From: Fastidiosibacter lacustris
Lineage (GTDB): Bacteria; Pseudomonadota; Gammaproteobacteria; Francisellales; Francisellaceae
Assembly: GCF_003428155.1 (NCBI RefSeq)
Contig: NZ_QLIR01000003.1
Location: forward strand, 30,001 to 62,000
Reading direction: 5' to 3'
DNA: 32,000 nt
In this document: positions 18,926 to 29,787 of the stretch, piece by piece
Layout of the letters: every line of letters begins with the position of its first letter
How positions within the stretch are numbered: the first letter of the stretch is position 1
Notes under the pieces: model-generated
The model's input: only the letters and a program-made list of their open reading frames with translations
The model's database searches: none
Told to the model about the DNA's origin: nothing
Position numbers and translations under genes: made by a program

Positions 18926-19651
18926 TTACTTTAGCAGCTGTAATAGCGATTGCAGATAGCTGAAGAAGGCTTTAGGTATATAGATGTGCATATGCTTTTC
19001 GACAACTAAATATTCAAGTAATTTATTTTTTTTACCGAGAAAGTTGTATTTCGTTTTAACATTATAAATAACATCATCAATTGTGCGGGAGCTAAGTTGA
19101 AGAAAAAATCCGACTTGTTTAGAGGTATAGCCAAGTGATAATAAATAAACTATTTCAAATTCACGTGCACTGAGTATATCGAATGTGTTGACGATGGCTA
19201 GGGAGTTTTGACCCAAATTTCCTTTATGTGAACAAAGTGGCAATAAAGATAATCTAATAGAGAGTTCAATCAACTGTTGACTATTGTTTGGCTGCCAGCC
19301 GTAAAAATTAGTGCCAATAACGTTACCATTATCTAATTTTGGTAGATTAATGCTATATATTGCGGTCAATCTATTGTTGAAGTAATGTACATCTAACATT
19401 TCAAGCGGTTTTTGGGTTGTTTCAATAAGGCGTTCTAAAAAGGCAAATTGATCCCCGTATTCGCTTATTCCATTTGGTAAAACCTCATCAGATTGTCCAA
19501 TAATGGATTCATCTACCCCAAGGAGCTGAAAAAAACTATCAGAACAACTTATATACCTTGAATTTTGGTCTCTACTATTAAGATAAATCTCTTTATTTTT
19601 CGGTAGAATAAGAGGTTTATCGTTAACCCAAATAACATTGCTATTAGGCAT
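18926..19651 (-). CDS. LuxR-family transcriptional regulator with an N-terminal PAS-like domain
   Basis: C-terminal HTH LSAREFEIVYLLSLGYTSKQVGFFLQLSSRTIDDVIYNVKTKYN; N-terminal PAS-like YISCSDSFFQLLGVDESIIGQSDEVLP. Confidence 0.72.
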   Translation of the reverse strand: MPNSNVIWVNDKPLILPKNKEIYLNSRDQNSRYISCSDSFFQLLGVDESIIGQSDEVLPNGISEYGDQFAFLERLIETTQKPLEMLDVHYFNNRLTAIYSINLPKLDNGNVIGTNFYGWQPNNSQQLIELSIRLSLLPLCSHKGNLGQNSLAIVNTFDILSAREFEIVYLLSLGYTSKQVGFFLQLSSRTIDDVIYNVKTKYNFLGKKNKLLEYLVVEKHMHIYIPKAFFSYLQSLLQLLK

Positions 19652-19790
19652 AGTTTTATCCTTTGCGTTTACAATTTATTAATATTTAAACGATTGAAAA
19701 TCACTATTTTTATGGGGATTTACAATCCGGGCGAAGTATAGCAAATGAGTCGAAAATATAAAACTTATTATGCATTATTTTTGTTCGAAA

Positions 19791-19810
19791 ATAAGACAAT
19801 ATAGTCTTAT
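19791..19810. promoter_or_regulatory. 20-bp dyad ATAAGAC-N6-GTCTTAT in the luxR-like/clpB divergent intergenic region
   Basis: Perfect 7-bp arms separated by AATATA. Position suggests an operator but does not prove it. Confidence 0.35.
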
Positions 19811-20084
19811 CTTATAAAGTTAGAAGTAATTCAAATTTATCATTATTTACTTTCTATAATTGAGGCTTTTTTCGGAGTAAATTGCAAAAATCAATTTACA
19901 ATAGGTATAAACAAATTCACTATTTTCTTGAAAAAAATTTTCTAATCCACACTTGATTAGGCATTGAAATTTCATAACGTCTATAAGTGATAAGCATGAT
20001 GCCTATCTATAGTAAAATAAGGATAGCTCAAGTTGACTTCCCATGTTTTGAAATGATTAGTGTAATAAAAAAAGAGAGTAAAAA

Positions 20085-22685
20085 ATGAAAGCAGAAAAAT
20101 TTACCCATAAGTTACAAGAAGCGCTCAATGAAGCACAAAGTTTAGCGATTAGTAAAAGTCATACTATGCTTGAACCTGTGCATGTTTTAAAAGCATTGCT
20201 TGATCAGGAAGGTGAAATGATTCCCTCTATTATTACTCAAGCAGGTGGTAATTTAAGTGCGCTTAATAGTGAGTTGCGTAATGCCTTAGGTAGCCTTGCC
20301 AGCAGTGGTGCCGCAAGTCAAATCGGAGCCTCTAATAGCCTTATTAGAATATTACAACAAATGGAAAAAATGACACTTGAGAAGAAAGATGAATTTATTT
20401 CTAGTGATTTATTTCTAATCGCAGGTTTTAGTGATAGTACACTAAGTAAAATTTTCAAGGCAGCTAATTTAACAAAAGAGGCTATCGAGGCTGCTGTTGA
20501 TAGGGTAAGAGGTGGTGCGCGTGTTGAAAGTCAAAATGCCGAAGATATGCAAGGTGCGTTAAAAAAATATACAATCGATTTAACTGAACGCGCGCGTCAA
20601 GGGAAAATTGATCCTGTGATTGGGCGAGATGATGAGATTCGGCGTACGATTCAAGTATTACAACGACGCACTAAAAATAATCCGGTTTTGATTGGGCGAC
20701 CTGGTGTGGGGAAAACCGCAATTGTAGAAGGCTTAGCGCAACGTATTGTGAACAATGAAGTGCCTGAGGGTATTCGCAATAAACGCATTTTATCTTTGGA
20801 CTTAGGTGCTTTGTTAGCAGGTGCTAAATTTAGAGGGGATTTTGAAGAGCGTTTGAAGGCTGTCCTTAAAGAACTTGCCAAACAAGAGGGTAGTGTGATT
20901 TTGTTTATTGATGAACTACACACTATGGTTGGAGCAGGTAAAGCAGAAGGTTCAATGGATGCCGGTAATATGTTGAAACCCGCACTTGCTCGTGGAGAAT
21001 TAAAGTGTGTGGGTGCAACAACGCTTGATGAATATCGTGAGCATGTTGAGAAAGATCCTGCATTGGAGCGTCGTTTCCAAAAAGTGTTAGTAGATGAACC
21101 GACGGTAGAAGACACGATTGCTATTTTGCGTGGTTTGAAAGAACGTTACGAAGTCCATCATGGTGTGGATATCACTGATCCTGCAATTGTTGCAGCTGCC
21201 ACTTTATCACATCGTTATATTAGTGATAGACAACTACCAGATAAAGCAATTGATTTAATGGATGAAGCAGCCAGCCAAATTCGAATGGAGATTGATTCAC
21301 GACCTGAGGAAATGGAAAAACTCTATCGACGTATTATTCAACTGAAAATGCAGCGTGAGCAATTAAAGAAAGAAAAAGACGAAGCAACCAGAAAACGCTT
21401 AGATGTATTAGAGGAAGAAATCAAGGCATTAGAGAAAGAATATTCAGGCTTTGAAGAAATTTGGAAATCCGAAAAGGCACAAATGCAAGGGTCACAAAAA
21501 TTAAAAGAGCAGCTTGATCAGTCTAAAATTGAATTGGAAGCAGCTAAACGTGTTGGTGATTTGTCTAAAATGGCTGAGTTGCAATATGGACTTATTCCAC
21601 AGTTAGAAGAACAAATTAAGTCCCTTGCCAGTTCTGATCCAATTAAAACGAAGTTAGTGCGTACTCAAGTAACTGAAAATGAAATTGCAGAAGTGGTTTC
21701 AAAATCAACAGGTATTCCTGTGAGTAAGATGATGGAAGGGGAGCGCGAAAAGTTATTGCATATGGAGGAGTTTTTAGCTAAACGCGTGATTGGTCAAAAA
21801 GAAGCGATTGTTGCAGTGTCTAATGCTATTAGACGTGCACGTTCTGGTTTATCTGATCCTAATCGCCCAACTGGATCATTTTTATTTTTAGGACCAACAG
21901 GTGTGGGTAAAACAGAGCTAACTAAGGCGCTTTCTGAGTTTATGTTTGACAGCGAAGATGTTATGCTTCGAATCGATATGTCAGAGTTTATGGAGAAACA
22001 TTCGGTTGCACGTCTAATTGGAGCACCCCCAGGATATGTGGGTTACGAGCAAGGTGGTTATTTAACTGAGCATATTCGTCGTAAACCTTATTCGGTAATT
22101 TTACTTGATGAGGTTGAAAAAGCGCATCCAGATGTATTTAATATTTTGTTGCAAATTTTAGATGATGGACGCTTAACCGATAGTCATGGGCGCACAGTTG
22201 ATTTTAAAAATACCGTACTTATTATGACGTCTAATTTAGGTTCACATTTGATTCAGGAAAAACTACAAATCGAAGGTTATGATAAGGTCAAAGAGCAAGT
22301 CATACAGATTGTTTTACAGCACTTTAGACCTGAATTTATCAATCGTATTGATGAAACAGTTGTGTTTGAACCATTGAATAAAGAAATGATTAAAGAAATT
22401 GCTGAAATTCAAATCAACCGTGTGCGTAAACGTTTGCAAGATCGCGAGCTTAAACTTGATATTTCACCTTATGCAATGGATGAGTTGGCTGATCATGGTT
22501 TTGATCCAGTATTTGGTGCAAGACCTTTGAAGCGAGCAATTCAACATTATATTGAGAATCCGCTTGCTACTTATCTATTAGAAGGAAGATATGTTACAGG
22601 TGATACGATTCAGGTCAATATCGAAAACGATGGTTTTGTATTTTCTAAGAAGGTTGAAAAAATTGTTGATAGTGCAGCAAGATAA
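20085..22685 (+). CDS. clpB: ATP-dependent disaggregase ClpB
   Basis: Double-AAA+ protein: [63 protein letters not shown]; M-domain coiled coil; N-domain [18 protein letters not shown]. Confidence 0.98.
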   Translation: MKAEKFTHKLQEALNEAQSLAISKSHTMLEPVHVLKALLDQEGEMIPSIITQAGGNLSALNSELRNALGSLASSGAASQIGASNSLIRILQQMEKMTLEKKDEFISSDLFLIAGFSDSTLSKIFKAANLTKEAIEAAVDRVRGGARVESQNAEDMQGALKKYTIDLTERARQGKIDPVIGRDDEIRRTIQVLQRRTKNNPVLIGRPGVGKTAIVEGLAQRIVNNEVPEGIRNKRILSLDLGALLAGAKFRGDFEERLKAVLKELAKQEGSVILFIDELHTMVGAGKAEGSMDAGNMLKPALARGELKCVGATTLDEYREHVEKDPALERRFQKVLVDEPTVEDTIAILRGLKERYEVHHGVDITDPAIVAAATLSHRYISDRQLPDKAIDLMDEAASQIRMEIDSRPEEMEKLYRRIIQLKMQREQLKKEKDEATRKRLDVLEEEIKALEKEYSGFEEIWKSEKAQMQGSQKLKEQLDQSKIELEAAKRVGDLSKMAELQYGLIPQLEEQIKSLASSDPIKTKLVRTQVTENEIAEVVSKSTGIPVSKMMEGEREKLLHMEEFLAKRVIGQKEAIVAVSNAIRRARSGLSDPNRPTGSFLFLGPTGVGKTELTKALSEFMFDSEDVMLRIDMSEFMEKHSVARLIGAPPGYVGYEQGGYLTEHIRRKPYSVILLDEVEKAHPDVFNILLQILDDGRLTDSHGRTVDFKNTVLIMTSNLGSHLIQEKLQIEGYDKVKEQVIQIVLQHFRPEFINRIDETVVFEPLNKEMIKEIAEIQINRVRKRLQDRELKLDISPYAMDELADHGFDPVFGARPLKRAIQHYIENPLATYLLEGRYVTGDTIQVNIENDGFVFSKKVEKIVDSAAR

Positions 22686-22703
22686 ATGGTACTAAAATGC
22701 AAA

Positions 22704-23450
22704 TTAAATTAACTCAAAGGACTTATTAGTCTCAAATGATGTATTACTTTCAAGTGCAATTTCGATCATTTTGGTTAATGCCATTTGACGTTCTTGGCTC
22801 GTGGTTACTTCTTTTGTAATAAAAGAATCTGAAACCGTGAGTAAGCATGCAGCCTTTTTACCATAAGCTTGTGCATTAGCAAATAATGCGACTGATTCCA
22901 TTTCAACTGCTTTACAACCTTGTTCGGCGTGTATTTTTATATACTCATTAAATTCTTTTCGATAAAACACATCAGTACAGTGTACTTTAGCAGAGATGAT
23001 AGGGATTTGTAATTGTTTAGCCGTTTCTGAAATATGTTTGGTTAATATTTCATTAGGTTTGATATTACGTGTTTTTTGACCTGTCACGATTTCAATATAA
23101 TCAGATTCGCAATAAGCTTCTGTTACTAAAACCACATCATATACATTAATTTCAGGAACGTATGAGCCGCAAGAACCAATGCGAATAATATTATCAACAT
23201 CATAGTGATTGAACAGCTCAGCAGTGTAAATGCCGGCACTAGGGATACCCATGCCATGTGCCATCACACTTACTTTCTTGCCTTTGTATGTCCCTGTATA
23301 GGCAAACATATTGCGTACAGTGTTAATGAGCTTAGCATCTTCTAAATAGTTTTCGGCAATAAGTTTTGCTCGAAGTGGATCACCTGGCATGATAACGGTT
23401 TTAGCAAATAAGTTTTTGTCGGTGACTTCAATATGGGGCGTTGGAATCAT
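22704..23450 (-). CDS. deoD: Purine-nucleoside phosphorylase, DeoD type
   Basis: TPHIEVTDKNLFAKTVIMPGDPLRAKLIAENYLEDAKLINTVRNMFAYTGTYKGKKVSVMAHGMGIPS and EMESVALFANAQ. Confidence 0.96.
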   Translation of the reverse strand: MIPTPHIEVTDKNLFAKTVIMPGDPLRAKLIAENYLEDAKLINTVRNMFAYTGTYKGKKVSVMAHGMGIPSAGIYTAELFNHYDVDNIIRIGSCGSYVPEINVYDVVLVTEAYCESDYIEIVTGQKTRNIKPNEILTKHISETAKQLQIPIISAKVHCTDVFYRKEFNEYIKIHAEQGCKAVEMESVALFANAQAYGKKAACLLTVSDSFITKEVTTSQERQMALTKMIEIALESNTSFETNKSFELI

Positions 23451-23734
23451 TTTATGTCCTTAGCTATACAGTAAATTAATGAACGCCATTGTAATCCTTT
23501 CAACTGCAATAGACAAATTATAATAGCTTATCGCACTGGAAACGTTATTAAAAAATGAAAGTGAATGAAAACAATAAAGTGGTTCGTAATGGATATATAA
23601 ATACTGTTTAGCATGAAGGAGAAAAATTAAAATTATAAGGTATTTTTGTAGAAAATATAATTTTTTAGTGAAATCTGCTAGTGAGTTGTAATAGTATTAC
23701 TTGGTTAAGTAATAAAATAAATGGGAGATGATGT

Positions 23735-25183
23735 ATGAAAGTTCACAAGGTGGGGTTATTTTCAGCTATTGCAATTCCTGTTACATCAATGGTTGGTTCA
23801 GGTTGGCTCTTTAGCGCACAATTAAACGCCCAGCTTGCTGGGAATTATGCTTTTATTGCATGGGTAATTGCAGCTTTTATTGCAATTATCGTTGGACTTT
23901 GCTTTGCTAAGTTATGCGCACTTTATCCAGAGAGAGGACTAAATGCTAAGTGTGTTTCATTGAGTCATGGTAAAGACTTTGGTATGGTGTTTGCATTTGC
24001 AATTTGGTTTGGTTTGTTAGCGATGATTCCAACCGAAGCACAAGCCACTGTACAATATTTAAGTCCATTTGTTGAGTTTACTACTTTATATCAAGGTGAG
24101 AGTCTGACCTGGTCAGGTAAGATTTTTGCCGTAATCATTTTAGGGATATATTTCATTGTTAATTATTTTGGGATTAAGTTATTAGCATATGTAAATAACG
24201 TATCAACTATTTTTAAAATTAGCATTCCGACGTTGACGATTATTGTATTGCTTGTTGCTCATTTTGATAGCACTAATTTAACCTTAGCAGTAAATGATTA
24301 TGCTGCAAGCTCGATTAAAACAGCTTTGATCGGAGCTGGTCTTGTTTATGCTTTTAACGGTTTTCAGGTAGTAGCATCGTTTGCCAGTGAAATTAAAAAC
24401 CCAACGCGTAACATTCCATTGGCAATTATTATTTCTGTTGCTGCAACTTTAGTGTTGTATATATTATTACAATTTACATTTATGACAGCGTTACCACATG
24501 ATGTGGCAGCAAAGGGCTGGACGTCACTGAATTTCTCAAGCCCTCTTGTCAATTTAACCATTTTGCTAGGGCTAAATTTTTTAACGGTATTGTTAATCGC
24601 TGATTCAATCGTAAGTCCATCGATAACAGGTTTAACTTACTTAGGTTCTTGTTCAAGAATGCTTTATGCTATGGCAGAAAAAGGACAAATGCCACACTGG
24701 ATCGCAAAATTATGTCCCGTTCACCATTTATCAAAGCGTTCGCTATTACTCAATTTTATAATTGGGATTATCATTTTATTAAATTCAGCAAGTTGGGCAT
24801 CGCTGATGGTGATTACAACTGCCTTTAATGTCTTAGGTTATATGGGTGCACCTATTTCCTTGGCGGTACTGGGAAGTAAAAAAACGTCAACTAGGCTGAT
24901 GACTTTATTTGTATTTATTGTTTTGTCTTTACTGTTGACAACCTTGTCGATAAAAGATTTTTGGTTAAGTAATCTAGCCATTACCGTGATGATGGTGATT
25001 TACGCAATATTGCAATTTAAGCAAGGTGGATTTAACTGGTATGGATTAACATTTGTGATCTTTTTATGGTTACTGATGCTAGTAGCAAGTTCTGTAATAT
25101 TAACGATTATTTTGGCGATCATATTTTTTGTTATTATTACCAGCCCACAATTTATCAATAGATTAGGACATAAAGTTGTCTGA
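23735..25183 (+). CDS. Amino acid permease (APC superfamily)
   Basis: About 12 predicted TM segments; N-terminal GLFSAIAIPVTSMVGSGWLFS and FNGFQVVASFASEIKNPTRNIPLAI motifs typical of APC permeases. Confidence 0.9.
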   Translation: MKVHKVGLFSAIAIPVTSMVGSGWLFSAQLNAQLAGNYAFIAWVIAAFIAIIVGLCFAKLCALYPERGLNAKCVSLSHGKDFGMVFAFAIWFGLLAMIPTEAQATVQYLSPFVEFTTLYQGESLTWSGKIFAVIILGIYFIVNYFGIKLLAYVNNVSTIFKISIPTLTIIVLLVAHFDSTNLTLAVNDYAASSIKTALIGAGLVYAFNGFQVVASFASEIKNPTRNIPLAIIISVAATLVLYILLQFTFMTALPHDVAAKGWTSLNFSSPLVNLTILLGLNFLTVLLIADSIVSPSITGLTYLGSCSRMLYAMAEKGQMPHWIAKLCPVHHLSKRSLLLNFIIGIIILLNSASWASLMVITTAFNVLGYMGAPISLAVLGSKKTSTRLMTLFVFIVLSLLLTTLSIKDFWLSNLAITVMMVIYAILQFKQGGFNWYGLTFVIFLWLLMLVASSVILTIILAIIFFVIITSPQFINRLGHKVV

Positions 25184-25185
25184 TC

Positions 25186-26142
<957 letters not shown>

Positions 26143-26393
26143 TTACATACTCCTAAATTAACCTAATAATGAGGCATTGAAACAGTGTTCTTTTTTATAC
26201 CTAAAACGCGTTACATAGTAAACGTAAAGTTTGCGAGAATCCAGAGAGCCATTGCAAATCATTTACAGTCGAATGATATCCCTTGCAACAAACATCAATT
26301 TTAGCCATTTTGTTCAAATGCTCCCTCTAGTCCATTTTTTAGAATACTATAATCTACAGTTATAAATGCTGAAAGAGAATGTTACCCTGTGGA

Positions 26394-27272
26394 TTATACA
26401 TTTATGCTTTTTCGGTAAAGCTTAAAGATAATCGAAAGTGTCAAAATGAGAGCAAATAGAGTTGCAAAGATACCATCGACCATGATTGCCCTAATATCAC
26501 CAGCGAAAACAAGCTCAAAAATAAATGCCATAAGTGGTGTAAAGCCCATAGCAATAGAATGAATATTTGGTCCAACTTTGGCGATGGATATTTGTGAACA
26601 GTAAATAGGAATAATTAAACTAATTAAGCTAAGCGCTAATGTTAACCATAAAACTTTGTCATCAATCAATGTCAGTTCACCATGGGTTGCACTCCAAATA
26701 AATGGGATTAAAAACAGTAAGATGTAGCGTGAAGCTAGAATTTCGCTGGCAGAAAAAGACAATAAATTCATCTGGTAAGATAGGTGTGAATATAGATACA
26801 TAGTAACACCAACAATAAGTGTACCGATCAGAAGAAATGCAAATTCATTCCATGAATAAACATTGGTGAGCGTCACATAAAACGCGGTGATAATCAGAAA
26901 TAGCAATAGTGTAAAGAGTAAATCGCTTTTGTCTTTCTTTTTCCGCCAAAGCATGTAAGAACCGATAACAGAGGGGAAAGCCGTGGCAAAAAACATAAGT
27001 AATGCAGGGCTGTAATATACGGGAATTATAAAGCTCATTAACCACATGAGTAGAAAAATAAAGATTACTTGCAGGTAGAGATTTTTATGTTGCCATAGTT
27101 TTTTGTAAAGTGAAACAAGCGTTTTATAAGATACTAAATGAAAAAAGACAAGTGCATATAGACTGCTTAGAGTGATCATTAAGCCCACTGGAATTTCGTT
27201 TCCTACGTTGTGTATCAGGCTTACTGAGGCGCCGTTTATGATAATAAAGGCGATGGTAAAAAAATATTTCAT
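26394..27272 (-). CDS. DMT/EamA-like permease, putative exporter
   Basis: Hydrophobic protein of ~10 TM segments. ATG at 27272 (MKYFFTIAFIIINGASVSLIHNVG) is the likely start; the track extends to 27311. Overlaps the 3' end of the nothing-else-between ATP-grasp gene start by gene order. Confidence 0.65.
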   Translation of the reverse strand: MKYFFTIAFIIINGASVSLIHNVGNEIPVGLMITLSSLYALVFFHLVSYKTLVSLYKKLWQHKNLYLQVIFIFLLMWLMSFIIPVYYSPALLMFFATAFPSVIGSYMLWRKKKDKSDLLFTLLLFLIITAFYVTLTNVYSWNEFAFLLIGTLIVGVTMYLYSHLSYQMNLLSFSASEILASRYILLFLIPFIWSATHGELTLIDDKVLWLTLALSLISLIIPIYCSQISIAKVGPNIHSIAMGFTPLMAFIFELVFAGDIRAIMVDGIFATLFALILTLSIIFKLYRKSINV

Positions 27273-27273
27273 T

Positions 27274-28461
27274 TTATAAGATATCCATATCCAGTAAGAT
27301 TGAAGTTTCATGTTCTAGCACATCAAAAGAAGAATGTGCCAGAAGTACCAGTGAACGAATGTCGGTTAAATCAGGGGTCCTGGAGAGATCGAGAGGCTCT
27401 TGCGTGAACGTTACATGACTGTGGTAACTCGCAAACTGTGAAAAATCTATTGTTTTGTGAGTATATAAGCATAGCGTGCGTACATAATGACAAGACAGAT
27501 TCAAGTCACTGGTCTTGGGTTCATCTCCTCTTAAGTAATGCACAAGCATCATATCTTGTGTATTTAGTCCCTGGGCTTTTGTCATCTTATTTAAGAAGCC
27601 AGAAGCACCACTGATTCTTGGATTTAATTCAATTAATCTGAACTCACCGTTTTCAAGATGAAATAGTTCGGTATGAGCAAAGCCATTTTGATAATCACAA
27701 GCATTTAGGACATTTTCCACAAAACTTATCACTTGATTTCTAAGCCCATGATCATATATTGGCTCTATGGTTCGATATACAGGGCTGCCTAGATAGTAGT
27801 TCTTGCGGTAGGTGAATATATTACTGATGTAGTGTCTTCCTTTCACTGAGAAAGAGTCTATAACCACCTCCTTTCCTTCTATATATTCTTGAATCAGATA
27901 ATGGTGGATAGGGTCAAAGTTGACCATTTTAGGACTTGATTTTAGTTTTTCTATCAATTCTTCATAAGTCTTTGCCATGAATATACCAATAGATCCTCCA
28001 CCGTTAGCAGGTTTGGCAAATACAGGATAATTAAAGGGTATAACCGCTTCATATTCGGGTATGGTGCAATCAAATAACATTTGTTGAATGGCTGGCATGC
28101 CTGATGCTGCCATTGCTTGTTGCTGTAAAAATTTGCTTTCCCGTAAATGCAAAGATTCCAGTTTATTGGCTGTGTTCGGTGTTAGCCTTCGTGCTAATTC
28201 CTCGGCAAAAGGTAAATGCTGGTCACATCCATTTAGTACGAAATCAATGCGAAAGTTCTGAAGTGCCTCTATTGCAGTATCCACATTCTGTTCCCCATGC
28301 AAATGAATCTGACGGTCGAATAAATGTGCAGCAGGTTGATTGAATGCAGCTATATTACTCATGTCCGAAAATAAAGCGATGGAGTAAATCCCTTGTTCCT
28401 TTAAAGCTGTGGATAAATAACCTGCGGAATGAATAGGGTCGATGATCAGTAATGTTTTCAT
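27274..28461 (-). CDS. ATP-grasp domain carboxylate-amine ligase (biotin carboxylase/L-amino acid ligase-like)
   Basis: N-terminal Rossmann-like MKTLLIIDPIHSAGYLSTALKEQG; ATP-grasp features NYPVFAKPANGGGSIGI, YLIQEYIEGKEVVIDSF, FAHTELFHLENGEFRLIELNPRISG. Confidence 0.82.
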   Translation of the reverse strand: MKTLLIIDPIHSAGYLSTALKEQGIYSIALFSDMSNIAAFNQPAAHLFDRQIHLHGEQNVDTAIEALQNFRIDFVLNGCDQHLPFAEELARRLTPNTANKLESLHLRESKFLQQQAMAASGMPAIQQMLFDCTIPEYEAVIPFNYPVFAKPANGGGSIGIFMAKTYEELIEKLKSSPKMVNFDPIHHYLIQEYIEGKEVVIDSFSVKGRHYISNIFTYRKNYYLGSPVYRTIEPIYDHGLRNQVISFVENVLNACDYQNGFAHTELFHLENGEFRLIELNPRISGASGFLNKMTKAQGLNTQDMMLVHYLRGDEPKTSDLNLSCHYVRTLCLYTHKTIDFSQFASYHSHVTFTQEPLDLSRTPDLTDIRSLVLLAHSSFDVLEHETSILLDMDIL

Positions 28462-28597
28462 ATTTTTATATCCTATATATCCATTTAATTATGATAACTT
28501 TTTGTGCACCTTGTGCCGATATTTCTTGATACAGCAAAAAGTCAAATTTCAGTCGATCACAATTTTGTTTCAAGTGTTACATGAGAACTCTTGGGTG

Positions 28598-28696
28598 CTA
28601 CGCCGTAATAAATGGCGAGTAATCATAGAAAAACTCACTACGGTGTTTGTCTAGATTAAATCGTTGATCCGTTTGTGCAGGTATTGTTTGCTGCAT
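28598..28696 (-). CDS. Candidate small peptide, 32 aa: MQQTIPAQTDQRFNLDKHRSEFFYDYSPFITA
   Basis: Read directly on the minus strand. ATG at 28696, TAG at 28600-28598; AAAAAGGAG ends 10 nt upstream of the ATG. Below the 60-aa cutoff of the supplied ORF track. Same strand as, and upstream of, the ATP-grasp gene. No homology evidence. Confidence 0.35.
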   Translation of the reverse strand: MQQTIPAQTDQRFNLDKHRSEFFYDYSPFITA

Positions 28697-28751
28697 AAAA
28701 TGATAACTCCTTTTTGTTTTTTTTATTCATTATATTCTGCATACTGACCAT

Positions 28752-28836
<85 letters not shown>

Positions 28837-28994
28837 TACATATGCTTGATGATTATTGCAACCAATTTTATTTAGATATTAATAAATTGTATCCTTTTGT
28901 GTATTTTGGATGGATTATAATAATCTCTCTAAAAGAGGTTAAGTGGACTCCATAAGGAGAACAAAGCTTATTTCATTAGAAATATATAAAGATA

Positions 28995-29029
28995 TTAAAA
29001 CTTTGCATCACAGTAATGCAAAGTTTTAA
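28995..29029. terminator. Strong stem-loop, possibly a bidirectional terminator
   Basis: Perfect 14-bp arms TTAAAACTTTGCAT / ATGCAAAGTTTTAA with 7-nt loop CACAGTA; core stem flanked by A4 and T4 on both strands. Confidence 0.5.
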
Positions 29030-29100
29030 AGTGTTTGCAAAGTTAATAACCTTCAGTATAGTGAGCGTCATTATGAGCTTTAATCAATAAGTTTTAAACG

Positions 29101-29787
29101 ATGAAAATAGCCATTTTAGGTGCAATGGAAGCCGAAATCACACCTATTTTAACAGCGGTAGATAAGTATGAAGTAACAGAATATGCCAATAATAAATATT
29201 ACTTTAGTCAATATGCCGGACATGAGCTTATTCTAGCTTATAGTAAGATTGGTAAAGTGTTTTCAGCATTAAGTGCAACTATTATGATTGAGCGCTTTGG
29301 TGCTCAGATGCTATTGTTTTCAGGTGTAGCAGGTGGAGCTGCAACAGATATTCAAGTTGGAGATTTAGTCGTTGCCACTCAAACTGCACAGCATGATATT
29401 GATATTTCTGCCTTTGGGAGAAAAAGAGGCGAGATTCCTGGAAATGAGGTTTTTATTTCCACTTGTGATAATTTAAAAACAAAGCTAGAACAAGTCGCGC
29501 AAATGCTAAGTATTGAACTAAAACAAGGCATTATTGTAACAGGAGATCAATTTATCCATAATGCTCAGCACAAGATCGATATCGCCAAGCACTTTGGTGC
29601 GCATGCGATTGAAATGGAGGGGGCGAGTGTAAATTTAGTGTGTCGTGAGCTTAGCACACCATGTTTAATTTTGCGTGCTATTTCGGATACAGCAGATGGG
29701 CAGGCAGTTGATGATTTTCCTAAATTCGTTGCAATGGCTGCGGAGCGTTCAGCGAAGTTAATCTTGTCTTTAGTGGAGTCCATTTAG
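29101..29787 (+). CDS. mtnN: 5'-methylthioadenosine/S-adenosylhomocysteine nucleosidase
   Basis: MKIAILGAMEAEI, SGVAGGA, GDQFI, AIEMEGASVNLVCRE, RAISDTADG motifs. Confidence 0.96.
   Translation: MKIAILGAMEAEITPILTAVDKYEVTEYANNKYYFSQYAGHELILAYSKIGKVFSALSATIMIERFGAQMLLFSGVAGGAATDIQVGDLVVATQTAQHDIDISAFGRKRGEIPGNEVFISTCDNLKTKLEQVAQMLSIELKQGIIVTGDQFIHNAQHKIDIAKHFGAHAIEMEGASVNLVCRELSTPCLILRAISDTADGQAVDDFPKFVAMAAERSAKLILSLVESI

Noticed and set aside
19981-20060. Sigma-32 heat-shock promoter for clpB (cccatgt at ~20040)
   Set aside because: The -10-like CCCATGT is present, but no convincing CTTGAA -35 at 13-15 bp spacing was found, so it was not listed as a feature.
20651-21115. 154-aa minus-strand ORF inside clpB
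   Set aside because: Fully antisense to a well-conserved ClpB sequence; serine/proline-rich translation with no independent start context.
28104-28654. Plus-strand ORFs 28104-28343 and 28442-28654
   Set aside because: The first is antisense to the ATP-grasp gene. The second covers the intergenic region but has no ribosome-binding site or recognisable domain.
29565-29783. Minus-strand 72-aa ORF inside mtnN
   Set aside because: Antisense to a conserved gene; no independent support.
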